DNA of 63,896 nt, counting the filler, from Folioceros fuciformis (taxonomy: Eukaryota): assembly GCA_049999805.1 (NCBI GenBank). It is 6 parts of 6 records of this genome, joined end to end, with 100 filler letters (N's around TTAATTAATTAA, not from the genome) between each part and the next. Parts side by side here need not be neighbours in the genome. Positions count along the whole stretch, not along the records: positions 31,911 to 38,377 come from JBNGIO010004080.1; positions 38,478 to 52,821 come from JBNGIO010004081.1; 4 more parts are not named here. One strand, 5' to 3'. A program made the position numbers and the translations under genes. Of this stretch, positions 33,049-44,856 are shown piece after piece. The first letter of the stretch is position 1. Each line of letters opens with the position of its first letter. Under the pieces are notes generated by a model. The model saw only the letters and a program-made list of their open reading frames with translations. It did no database searches and was not told the DNA's origin.

Positions 33049-36000
33049 CTTGAGCTTGTGGGCTTGACTTTGGCTTGCCCTTCAAGATGCTACTTTGTCT
33101 TTATTTAGAAGATGCTTCCTTTGTCTTTATCTAGAAGATGCTTTCTAGTCCTTATCTAGAAAACTCATTTTTAGGGCACCTTTCATATAGACTAGTTTAG
33201 GGCACTCTTCATGAACTTAGGTTATTGCACTTTTTATGAACTTATTTTGATATGTGTAATAAACCACTTCTAACACTCCCACTCAACAAATCAAAATTAG
33301 TTCTTCAACCCAAGCATCTTGCTAAACCTAGCATGCTTATCAAGATTCAACCCTTTAGTCAAAATATCAGCTGGCATATCTTTTGTTGGACAATACTCTA
33401 GGTTTACCTCCTTTGATTTCAACTTCTTCCTAATGAAGTGATGTTTCACCTCAATGTGCTTCGTCCTTGCATGAAAAGTAGCATTCTTGGCTAAGAAGAT
33501 GCAACCTTGATTGTCGTTGAAGATTTTTGTCGTCTCGCTTTGCTTGAATCCCAACTCCTCTAATAGACTACACAACCATATCGCCTCTATGGCTGCAGAG
33601 CATGTTGCCATGCACTCTGCTTCGGTAGAAGACAAAGCAATAATAGGTTGTCTCCTACTATTCCAAGAAATAGCTCCTCCATTCAACAAAAAAACATATC
33701 CAGTAGTTGACTTATGACTATCAACATCTCCTGCCCAATCAGAATCACAATACCCTACCAATTTGGCTTCAAGTTGATGCCTCTGTTGATACACCAAATT
33801 CCAATCCTTCGTACCATTCAAGTACCTGATAATCCTTTTCAGGGTTGAAAATGTTGTTGTCCAAGGTTAGCCATGAATTGACTTGCAACCCCCACTGCCT
33901 CTGCAATGTCTAGCCTTGTCCCTGTAGACAAATATGTAAGGCAGCCAACAATGCATTAGTAGAGAGTTTAATCTACCTTTGCCTTCTCTTCCTCAGTCGT
34001 AGGACTCATCTTCTTCCACAACTTCTCATTCAACGCCATTGGTGTCTGCACTGGCTTGCAGTCTTGCATTCCAAAGCGCTTAAGAACGTTCTCAATGTAT
34101 GTCCTTTGACTCAAAGAGATCATCCTGTTAGTCTTGTCCCTCATTACCTTTATCCCTAGAAAGTAATGAAGTTCTCCTAGATCTCTCATGTTCAAAACTA
34201 TCATTGAGACTCTTCTTTGTACTCTTCAAGAGTTCCAAATCATTGCAAACTAAAATGAGATCATCAACATAGATGGAAATGATCATCATGGACTCTCCTA
34301 CTCTTTTCACATAGAAGTTCCAATCTCCATTAGTTTTCTTGAAACCTCCAGCTAAGAAGAACTTATCAATCTTCACATACCATGTAAGTGCAGATTGCTT
34401 AAGGCCATAGATTGTCTTTCGCAATTTACATACCTCATCTTCTCGACCTNNNNNNNNNNCATTGAGAAATGCTGTTTGGACATCCATGTGATGTATCTCC
34501 AGATCCATGGTAGCCGCTATCGCTAAGAGTACACGAATGGATGTCATCTTGGCAACAGGGGAGAAAGTGTCTGTGTAATCAATACCGGGCACATGTGTAT
34601 ATCCCTTCCCAACCATCCTTGCCTTGTAACGCTCTATGCTCCCGTCGGCATTGTGCTTGATCTTGAACACTCATTTCGATCCTATGCACTTCCTTCCTTG
34701 AGGAAGAGGAGTGATCTCCCAAGTCTTGTTCTTGATGAGTGAGTTATACTCACTATCCAGAGCTCCTTTCCACTCCTTCGCCTTTGGTCTTTCCAACACT
34801 TCCTTCAATGTTTGTGGCTCGTCAGCATCTTCTAACAGAGCCACTTCATACTCACATGCATTCATGGACTCCAAGATCTTGTGTGAAGGTTTCCATCGCC
34901 TTGTTGATCTTCTAAGTTGGATTGGTGGTTCCTCTTGGATTCTTCGATCTTGCTCCTCTTCATCATCTTCGACTCTTTGAGTTTCTTCATCTCTTATATC
35001 GTCTTGATGCAGAGGTTGCTCATGCTCCAGAGTAGGTTGAGTTTGCTCCAAAGTATGTTGCTCAGGAACCAAGTCTTGATCAGGGACTTCATCTAGTTGC
35101 CTCAACTCCTTGACAACAACTTGAGTTGCTCCCACTGTTTTGTTAGGTTCCACAACTTCATGAAAAACAACGTCTCTACTGAAGATGATCTTCTTAGTAG
35201 AAGGGTTATACAACCTATACCCTTTTACCTCATCAGAGTACCCAAGCATGATGCATTGGGTGCCTTTAGGATCCCACTTGGTTCAGTTTTGCTTCGAAAC
35301 ATGAGCATAAACCACAGAACCAAAAATCCTAAAGTGACCTACATTTGGTTTGATACCAGACCATGCCTCTTCCGGAGTCATTCCAAGCACAACCTTAGTT
35401 GGAACTCTATTCAAAATATAAGTTGCTGTAACAACAGCCTCTCCCTAAAAACATACCTCCAACCCACTTTGATGGAGCATGCATTTTGCCGCTTCCACCA
35501 AGCTTCTTAGCTTGCGCTCTACTACTCCATTTTGCTCCGGCGTGTGAGGAATTGTGAGTTTTCTCCGAATGCCACACTCCTTGCAAAAGCTTTTGAATTG
35601 AGACGAGATGTACTCCCCTCCATTGTCACTTCTTAGAGTCTTTAGGCATTCTCCACTCTTGTTTTCCACCAAGGCCTTCCACATCTTGAATGTGTTGACA
35701 CCTCGGATTTCTCCTTCAAGAGATACGTCCAACTCCTTCTTGTGAAGTCATCCACAAAGACTAGAATGTAGCGCGCTCCGCCATGGGTAGGATTCTTCAT
35801 TGGTCCGCACACATTGGTGTGTACAAGCTCCAACGCCTTTGTTCCTCGACGCGCACCGATCTTGGGGAAAAAAAAAAAATGAAGTTTTCCCATTATGCAC
35901 CCTTGGCATAATTGCGGCTCTCCATCCTCCTTCAAATCCAAGCCTTTCACCATTTGATAACTCTTCATCAACTTGATGTTGTCCAATCTAATATGTCCTA

Positions 36001-38019
36001 AGCATTGATACCACAGATCAATTGACCCTATGCTTTGAGGCGAGCTTGATAGAATTGTGTAAGCTTCTTCATCTCCTACAGAAGCACACAACTTGTAGAG
36101 ATTGCTTTCTTGAACACCTCGAGCTATCACCTTGACAGTAGGTGATTCGGGTTGCTCGAGTTGGATGCGGCATCCTTTCGAATTGAACACAATCTCATTT
36201 CCTGGGTCAATGATTCTTGCTACTGAAAGAAGATTCTTCGCAAGACCAGGTACATGGTGTACATCCTTGATAGTACCTTAGGATGCTCCTCCAGGTAGGT
36301 TTACCTTCATCACGCCTTTCCCTTTGATCTCATGTGACCAATTGTCTCCAAGCGCCACCTTATGTCCTATCAGCATTTCTTTGTAGCTTGAGATCCAAGG
36401 TCGGTTGTAGGTGAAGTGTTGAGACGCTCCAGAGCCTAGGTATAGACTCTCATCCTTCTTTGATGAGCGCTCTTGCACTTGCTCTATCGTTGAAGCAGCA
36501 AAAAGATGTTCTTCCCACTCACTTGCTTGATTGGCTTGTGACTGTCTTCCCTTCTTTAAGTCAGCCAATCTTGTCCTACAGTCTTTTGCGTAGTGGTTAG
36601 GTTACTGTGGCAAGTACCCCACGTCTTCTTCTTTGTAGCTTTCTCCTTTGATCCTTCACCAAAGTTGTCTTGTGAGGTCTTTCCTTGTGACTTTCCCTTC
36701 CTTGAAAAGAGCACTGAGTCACCATTGTCTTCATTCTTGAATGAATTCTCCAGCTCCTCTTGTAGAAGCAAACCAACCACCTCTTCCAACGTTGCTTGCT
36801 TGTCGCTTGGACACATCGATGCCGCTGTCCTGAAGGCCAACACAAATTGCTTGTACATTGATGGTAAGCTACTCAACAACACCACAATGATTCTTCCTTC
36901 GGATGGTTTGATGTCCGCCGCCTTTATTTGATCCACCAAGTTCTTCAACCTGTTGACGTGTTGTTGAATGGTGTCCCCTTCAACCATCTTGAAGTTGGAA
37001 AGTTGTTGCTCCAACAACATCTCATTCACCATACTTCTCTTTTCGTACATGTTCCAAAGGGTGCTCCACGCCTTCTTCGATGTTGCACACTCACTCCATT
37101 GAGAGAGTATGTCGTTAGACACGTTGAGAAGGATTGACGCTAATGTTCGTCCATCCTTATCAAGGTCTCCTTCAGTGGGTGTGTCTTCGAGGCCCTTGTT
37201 GACGAATTTCCATACTCCTCTCTCAATGAGAAGCATCTTCGTCTTATACTTCCACAATGTGAAGTTCTTGCCTCCAAACTTCTTCACCAAGCGCGTCTCA
37301 AGAAGACGGATCTCCACACTTGTTGACGCCATCTATTGTATGCTCTTTCTTCACTCTCAAGCACTAGAAGGATTGCTACCAAGGCCTTCACAATTGCACA
37401 CAAGCTCAAGGCTAAGAGCTATGCAATTGTGCACAAACTCTCATAAGCACAAGGCTAAGAGTTTGGCTATTGCATGCAAGTTCTCACAAGCATCAAGCTA
37501 AGAACTATGCAATACAACTTGATACAAGCATCCAACTAGGAGAAGTCTACAAGGCACTAGTACATGGCTCTAACACCATGTTAGGAAACCAAGGATCTAG
37601 GCCTTTATAAAGAGGTCATACAATGTTCCCACACAATATGGGACATAAGTGTGCTAGGCACACTTGTACAACAAGATGGCACACAAGCCTACACACAAGT
37701 ATGCACTACCTTGGCTAGGCTAGGCCTTTATAAGCTCCTAGGCCTTCCATGCTATTGGTCCTTGACTTGCCCCTTCCCTTGTGGACTTGACTTGAGCTTG
37801 TGGGCTTGACTTTGGCTTGCCCTTCAAGATGCTCCTTTGTCTTTATCTAGAAGATGCTTCCTTTGTCTTTATCTAGAAGATGCTTCCTTTGTCTTTATCT
37901 AGAAGATGCTTCCTAGTCCTTATCTAGAAAACTCATTTTTAATGCACCTTTCATATAGACTAGTTTAGGGCACTCTTCATGAACTTATTTTGATATGTTG
38001 TAATAAACCACTTCTAACA
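33049..38019 (-). mobile_element. Near full-length decayed Ty1/copia; 5' LTR 37579-38019, truncated 3' LTR 33049-33275
   Basis: gag (KFGGKNFTLWK), protease, integrase (LRSDNGGEY), RT (SIYVDD) and RNase H (YCDSDWAG, ADILTK). The LTR runs TGTTAGG...CTAACA. PBS TGGTGTTAGAGCC (tRNA-iMet-like) at 37566-37578 and PPT TTGAGTGGGAG at 33276-33286. Confidence 0.95.
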
Positions 38020-38129
38020 GGCACGTCCGGGACAAGTTGCTGGGACTAAACTTCTCAATCGTAGCCTGCATATATCAACGAGAAATCGTAAATGGTCTAT
38101 CCTTGATGGGGGCAATGTGTACGCCTTGA

Positions 38130-38377
38130 CTTGCAAATGTGTGACAGTACTAATGTACTTTTTCTGGCAAATTGACAGTCTCCTGGCTGCTCTGTCCCTT
38201 GCAATCTCTATGCCTAAACACCACGTGAGCTCTCCCAGCTTAGTCATCTCGAACTCACGCTTTAGAAGTGCTTTCACTTTGCTCATCAAGCTGCTCTTTT
38301 CCTTGGTGGCGGCCAAGACAAGATCATCTACGTACAGTAGTAAGATCAGAAAGCTCTCTCCTTCTCTCAACATGTAC
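38130..38377 (-). mobile_element. Ty1/copia reverse transcriptase fragment
   Basis: LILLLYVDDLVLA...LKREFEMTKLGELTWCLGIEIARDRAARRLSICQKKYI, truncated. Confidence 0.9.
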
Positions 38378-38477
38378 NNNNNNNNNNNNNNNNNNNNNNN
38401 NNNNNNNNNNNNNNNNNNNNNTTAATTAATTAANNNNNNNNNNNNNNNNNNNNNNNNNNNNNNNNNNNNNNNNNNNN

Positions 38478-38583
38478 CAGCAGATCGGAAGTGAGACCCA
38501 GCAGATCGGAAGGGAGACTCAGCAGATCGGAAGTGAGACCCAGCAGATCGGAAGGGAGACTCAGCAAATCAGGAGCGAGACTC
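38478..38583. repeat. 21-bp minisatellite x5 at a contig edge
   Basis: CAGCAGATCGGAAG(T/G)GAGAC(C/T) repeated. Confidence 0.9.
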
Positions 38584-39802
38584 AAAAGATGATGAAACAT
38601 AATGTAGGAATGCGTAACGTGAGAAATTGTGTGCGTTTTGCAATTTGGTCATGGTGGTTGAGCTGCATTTGCACTAGCCTGGCTCAAAACAACGACTACT
38701 TCGAAGCATTAGTGAAAACCCTCTTCATCGATCCTTTGGAGCATTGCGATTTTCTGTTTCATGGGCACAAGAGCATTCCCCCCGTGTTCTTCCTCAACAA
38801 TCACACAAACATCTCCACTTTTGCACCAGCAATCTATCACAAGTAAGGTTTCATGAATGGCTGGACATGGAAGAAATGAAGTGGATCGAATTTTGGTGGG
38901 GTATGGTAGGGTAAGGTAAGGTAAGGTTGAATGCGGCAGTTGTTGAAACCGGTCGTGACATCTGTGGTTGCAGGGACGGCAGCCTTGTACAATTCGCGAG
39001 AGTGTATGATCGCAATTGTCTCTTCTTCACAGAGCATGGTCCCGTTCGGGCAGGCCAGTTCAGTTGCAAGAGGGCGTTTTCAATCCAAAACAGCAGGCTC
39101 AACTCGCTCGCAGGCCAGCGGTTGAGAAGCGTGTTCAAGCATATCAGAAGCCTGCACGTTCTGCTCCCTCTGCACAGCATAAGGCTGGCACCTGCACAGG
39201 CTGGCAATATAACGGATCCTAATAGGCGATTCTTGGAAGAAAGGCGCTGCATCACATTCTACCTCTTGCCTGAGATGCAGTCAGGCTTGGCGCTGGGATT
39301 ACTGGAGCTGCTGCCTAGCTTGCTCAACTCTGATCACCAGAAGAAGCTCCACACCTTGCACACTACAGCTAGTCAGCTTCAATTTGACTTGGGAGCCTTT
39401 GCTACCAAAGTGCTCGGTTTCCCTTAACGATTGTGTCCTCTGTCCAATTATACATTCCTTCGAAGCTCTATTCCTAAATGATCTAGTACTCGTACGGGAG
39501 CATTCACGTCCTGCTTCATAGTTTGTGGAATTTGCACTCATCTGCCGCCGATACCAGAAACGACCAGGTCTGCAGCCCCAGAAGAAGAGTAAACAGCTGC
39601 GGGCAAGATGTCTACTCAAAGCTCACCAAGTGCTCTCTCCAGAATCTCAAGTCATGATCTAGACAGCGGCAACAGTCTAGTAGTTGCACCCTCCATCCCT
39701 CCATACCTCCGCATAACATCACACAACGTCTTCTGCTTGAAACATGTTACAATAATGGACAAGTTCCAGTCTCCAGAAGCGACGGTGCCGGCGCCGCTAG
39801 CG

Positions 39803-41125
39803 CTATTTCATGGGTGCCCGATGAGGAGCTCCCTTCCTTGTATGGATTGTGCGGGAAAAACACCGATCCAGCCGCACGGGAGTGGATGGGCCAAAGGGAC
39901 TGCACAGAGGGGAGCCAGAGTGGGGTGTGTTCAATGAGAGACAAGTACAGTCATAGCATTCAGCTAATCCTCTAGCTGGCTGCGATGTGTCTGATAGAGT
40001 CGAGGAACTAGGAGAATGCTGAGGATGCACCACCCCGCGTGACTGATCGGATAGAGTTGAGGAACTAGGAGAATGCTGAGGATGAACCACCCCGGGAGTA
40101 TCAACAACTATTCTGTGTGTTTTCGGGATGATGAGCCTAGGAGCGCCCGCTGCCTGCTGGTTGCCGGAGAAGCTGAACTTTCTTCGATCTTCAGCCACAT
40201 CCTGCATCGGGCTCAGGCTGCAATGAAGAGCATCACTCTTGCGCTTCCCCTTGCACTCCTTGAGCCAAGAATCCAGAGAAAACTCCGACGTGAGCTGCCT
40301 CATCATAGGGATTATGCGCCTGCCCTTGTGCGGCGACATCGATGCCGGCGGTGGACAAGAGCTGGACGATGACTGCTCTGTCGATTCCGAGGAGCGTGCA
40401 ACGTTGAGGTCCGACATCCCGGAAAAGCTTGCCTGTTGCGGCGAGAGTTCGAACTCCAGCCCAATGGCAGGTTCAGTTGCAGCAGGCGTAGGATCCATCT
40501 GGCTCAAGAAATTCCACACAAGCCTCGGCGGAGTCTGGTTCCGGATGAGTTGCTCACCATGCACCCGAAAGTTAGTGACCGCCGCACCCGGATTAGGGTT
40601 AATGATGGCGCCCTCGTCCATTTTGGCGATACATGTCTCCTCGAACTCTCCCATGGCGTGGAACGAAAGGGAAGCGTCCCTGCAATCTTTCCTGATGGCG
40701 TCCAGCTTGCACTGGATGGAGCAGAAGCGCACCTGGTCCCGGAAGCTCCGTTTGCACATCTCGCAGTTTGGGACTCCCTGCGGCGGGTTTGCCTGCGGGC
40801 GGCGGTGCAGAAACACGATCTTGGCCCCGTTGATGATGTAGGTCTCGATCCCGGAAATGTCCAGAATCCACTGCACATCGCAGATACGAATGGCGTCCTT
40901 GTACGACGCCTTCCTGGCCTGCAAGACGAAGTGCGCGACATGGCCATCTCGCACACCGGCCGCGCACAGAGGCCCTTCCCCGCAGTCCGTGCAAAAGAAG
41001 TTGCGCTCGCTCTTGCCAAACCGGTGCCGCGTACAGTGGCTGAAGTACTTGGCAGCCACGAATGCGTCCAGCCAGCGAGGACCTTCCCTCTGCACCGGTA
41101 CCAATCCTCCCTCTCTGCCGTCCAT
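39803..41125 (-). CDS. PLATZ: PLATZ zinc-finger transcription factor, intronless
   Basis: PRWL...FSHCTRH...NFFCTDC...LC...H..HFVLQARKASYKDAIR...LDISGIETYIINGAKIVFL..RP...CEMC.R......FCSIQCKL, with C-terminal RKGAPHRAP. Confidence 0.95.
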   Translation of the reverse strand: MDGREGGLVPVQREGPRWLDAFVAAKYFSHCTRHRFGKSERNFFCTDCGEGPLCAAGVRDGHVAHFVLQARKASYKDAIRICDVQWILDISGIETYIINGAKIVFLHRRPQANPPQGVPNCEMCKRSFRDQVRFCSIQCKLDAIRKDCRDASLSFHAMGEFEETCIAKMDEGAIINPNPGAAVTNFRVHGEQLIRNQTPPRLVWNFLSQMDPTPAATEPAIGLEFELSPQQASFSGMSDLNVARSSESTEQSSSSSCPPPASMSPHKGRRIIPMMRQLTSEFSLDSWLKECKGKRKSDALHCSLSPMQDVAEDRRKFSFSGNQQAAGAPRLIIPKTHRIVVDTPGVVHPQHSPSSSTLSDQSRGVVHPQHSPSSSTLSDTSQPARGLAECYDCTCLSLNTPHSGSPLCSPFGPSTPVRLDRCFSRTIHTRKGAPHRAPMK

Positions 41126-42620
41126 CAACCCGCTGCACCCTCCTGCTTAGCTTCACCTCCTTCTTCTTCTCCCCCCCCGCTTCCGGATCCGGACCTGCAC
41201 AGATCCAACACTCAAGCTGTACGCCTTGCTGGCACTGCACCACGCATGCGCATCCGTCAACACATTATATGTCTACATCGATCATAACAATCAGCTTGGT
41301 GCGCGTGCATAAGCCTTGGTAACGCAAAAACGACACATGATTGTGTCACAGACTGCAGCAGCACGGCACCAGCTCCAGAGCAGCTCCATCAAACTCTCAC
41401 CTCTACCAACTCAGTCACCCAGTCAGTCCCCGTTCCACGCGCCCCAGCTGCGTCGAAGCTGCGACGCTGTGGTACCGGTGGGGGTGGAACATCAACATGC
41501 TGCTAAACAAGAAGGGAGCCATGGCAACGTTCTTCCTACAATGCACTTGCGATTGCAGACTCTTACAAGCAAAATTCACACCAAGACGTTGAGCTACACA
41601 TTCATGTTTAGGATTTCAGCAACACAGCATCATATCCGAGCTTTCAAGCCTGGACTGTCAGTTCATTTCATTCAATCCGCGGAGCTGCAACCTGGGGCGA
41701 ATGGATCTGGAGCGAAGCAGAGCGTGACGGTGCGGCCAAATTTGCCGCGACACACAATGCAGCGGACAGGGTGAAGTAGATTCCAGCGAGACGCAGTTGA
41801 AAGAAGCCGAAACAGGAGAATGTGGTGTCCACTCCCGGCAATTCTGCACTCGCCACGTCCCACAGTTTCACCACGTCACTGCGCCTGGTTTGCCAACGTG
41901 CCGCGCCAGAACTGCGCAGGACGCACGGCGAAACTTTTCGTCATGGCGAATGGCGAAACCCGGCCTTCCCGCCCGGATAGCGGGACGACTCTGCACGCGC
42001 AGGGCATACGAGATTCTACCAGCCTACTTCATGCGGCCAAGTGGCCGCGCTTCCTTTCCCGTTCTCGCCATTCTGTTGCGCTGGCCTCCAGTGTTGCCGG
42101 CAGCTATTACTGTGATCATCGCACAAAGCTCACGACACAACTGTTGAATCGCATCCTTTGTTCGCTGGTTTTAGCTCTCTTGTTTTGCCTTGGTGACCAG
42201 TGTGCATGCATTCTGCCTCTGCTTTCCAATCAGCGCCAATTCATGCGAGCCTGCAACCGTGATTGCGATTGTATCGAATTTGCTGTTTCTTGATTGGAGG
42301 GATGTGACTGGCCTAGCTATGGCCATCGGCGAAGGCCTTGGACGGAGCTGAAGGAGGATGTTTAGGATGTTCTAGCTAGATTTGCCTAACGAGTCCTTTT
42401 AGGCATAGAGATCAGTTCAGAGTGACCGCAGTCTCGCTGTGTTTCTTGAAGATTTCGGTGACACCTGGTGCTGATGCTACGGCGTTAGGACTAAGGTAAC
42501 GACACTTGTGCCCCTTGGCTCGAGGCAGGTCTGTCTCAGCTCAAACTTGTGGCACATGTGTTGGTCGGGCCTCCGCCTGTTTGCCTTACGTGCTCCAGCA
42601 TCCCTGACACAGGAGGAGGT

Positions 42621-42892
42621 ACGGGTGCTCTGCTCTGCAAGGTGAAGGTTGCCAACACGAGGGCTATGCTAACGGGNNNNNNNNNNCTGCTCTGCAAGGT
42701 GAAGGTTGCCAACACGAGGGCTATGCTAACGGGTGCTCTGCTCTGCAAGGCGAAGGTTGCCAACACGAGGGCTATGCTAACGGGTGCTCTGCTCTGCAAG
42801 GTGAAGGTTGCCAACACGAGGGCTATATGCTAACGGGTGCTCTGCTCTGCAAGGTGAAGGTTGCCAACACGAGGGCTATGCTAACGGGTGCT
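42621..42892. repeat. 51-bp tandem repeat x5 (spans a 10-N gap)
   Basis: ACGGGTGCTCTGCTCTGCAAGGTGAAGGTTGCCAACACGAGGGCTATGCTA, near-identical copies. Confidence 0.95.
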
Positions 42893-43631
42893 GTGTAAAG
42901 TTGAAACCAAATTTATTCCCTTCGAAACGTGCACAACAATGTGGCTACAGAGATGGATATGGCAAACATATCTCTCATCCAGAATGCTTCACTGCCATCC
43001 CAACAATTCGTATCAAGGAGGAAGCCTGTGGCTGTAACAATTTCACATGCAATACTGTCTTGAGAAGGACGAACCGGTCGGTCTTCTCAAGGCGTAATTA
43101 CGTTCCACAATATCATAATACCACTTGAGATTATGCTTAGAGACACTTAAGGCTATGGTTGGAGACAAGAATTAGTGGTCGAGGTAAGAAAGGTCTGCAT
43201 TACATGCCCAGACAATCTGACATCAGCTTCAGCATGTGCAGAAAAGCTGTCCTGTAACCATGCCGGAAGTAATAGCTAAACTATTGTGCTGAAGACCTCC
43301 GAAAACTGTAGACTACGTGAATGAGGCCAGTGACAGTTGCAGCAGCAAGGCTACAGACGGCTCAGATAATTACTACCCCGTTCACCAAATCATCAAAATG
43401 AACTGTAACTTCGTTCAGAACTTCCAAGATTGATAGGCAAACAAAATCTTGGACATGTAAACTTCATTACTTCTTACACAACTTCCAAAATTATCGGGCA
43501 CACAAGAACTAGGACACGGAAAAGTGTGCACCTGAAAGCTGCAGGGTATTTGGTCGGTAACGAACAAGCAGAGAAACAAGCGCGTTAAGCGTACATGCGT
43601 CAAGGTCATAGAGTCAAAGAAGCTTGGAGCA

Positions 43632-44856
43632 TTACGGAGTCAGAGAAACTTCGAAAATTACGGCATCCTTCAAAATTCGAAGCACAGTACCAGAAGGGTG
43701 CCGTTCCTGAACAACAGGAAGACTTACGAGTTTCTCAAGCACATCAAAACTGATTACGTCCTGGACCTGCAAAGAGCACAAAGTAGTGGATCAGAGACCC
43801 AATGGATAGTCAAACGAGTACTAAGGGTCTCTCAGAGAAAGCCCCTTACAGTTCCGAAGACGGAAAAACTGCCATCCCACTCTGGATGAGCCTCGAGGTT
43901 GAAGAAGAACTCGCTTGTGCCCTGCAACATGTACTGCGAGATTAAGAAAACTACTCTCGAGTGCACAAAGGTTTAGTTGCCAGGACATTCTCATCGCCAC
44001 GCACCGTGATCAAAGAAACTGCACCCCTTTCATTCCTTAAAAAAGACTCCACGGGAAGACGGACATCCTGCTGTTGCCCACATTTGTACAGGCCAGCTTG
44101 TACCAAAGCGTACCTACATGGCCAAACAACCACGAATTTATTACCAAGAAGGATGAGGACGAGATGAAGGAGATGTACATTCAAGACATTTCGCACCCTT
44201 TCCTGATCTCTTCATTGCCATCATCCACAGTATCACCAGGGGGCTCCACCCGGTATATGCCACAACCTTGAAACAATCCTTCCCGCACTAGCTTCTGTCA
44301 ATGCATCCAAGAAACCAAAAGCCTGCATCAGAACAAACGAGGCAAAGGTCACAGTCTGAGTCTCCTCTCTACGCAGCGACATGCTGACATGCATCTGGAC
44401 GCGTACGCGTTCATAAGCAGGCTCAAGTTCACACCTTGATGTAGTTCACTGCAATAGGAGCGGCTTCAGATTCGAGGAGCACTTTGATAACCTGCAAGGC
44501 GACACATGATGTAATCCCTTCCAGCTCCCAACCTGCATAGCCGCAGTTTATCCTATCCACTCGCACTCACCCCGTACCCCGTCCTGAGAACAAGGTACTC
44601 CTTCTCCTGCACTTGCTCAACTGAAGCCATGCTCTGTCAGCCACGGGCGATAAAGAGCAGAGCAAGCAACTCTCAAATCCCGTCTCCACTATGACAGACC
44701 TGAAGTGCTGCGGATCGACTCCTCATATCCAACAAATGCTCCATCCCTTCTATTCATCCATGATCCCGTAGCGAAGGACAGAGCAGTGAAGAGAAACAAG
44801 GCCCCCAAGACAATGGAAAGTCGGAGGTGAGGAGGCCTTGCCGCTTCCGCTCCCAT
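43632..44856 (-). CDS. Atypical cyclophilin-like peptidyl-prolyl isomerase with N-terminal signal/anchor, multi-exon
   Basis: Manually spliced exons give MGAEAARP..IVLGALFLFTALSFA / YLVLRTGYG / VIKVLLESEAAPIAVNYIK / LVREGLFQGCGIYRVEP / YALVQAGL...ERGAVSLIT / GTSEFFFNLEAHPEWDGSFSVFGT / VQDV...KLVSLP...*. These are cyclophilin-fold motifs of the At4g17070-like group. Confidence 0.8.

Noticed and set aside
38851-39619. ORFs downstream of PLATZ on both strands
   Set aside because: No recognisable motifs, so strand and coding status cannot be determined.
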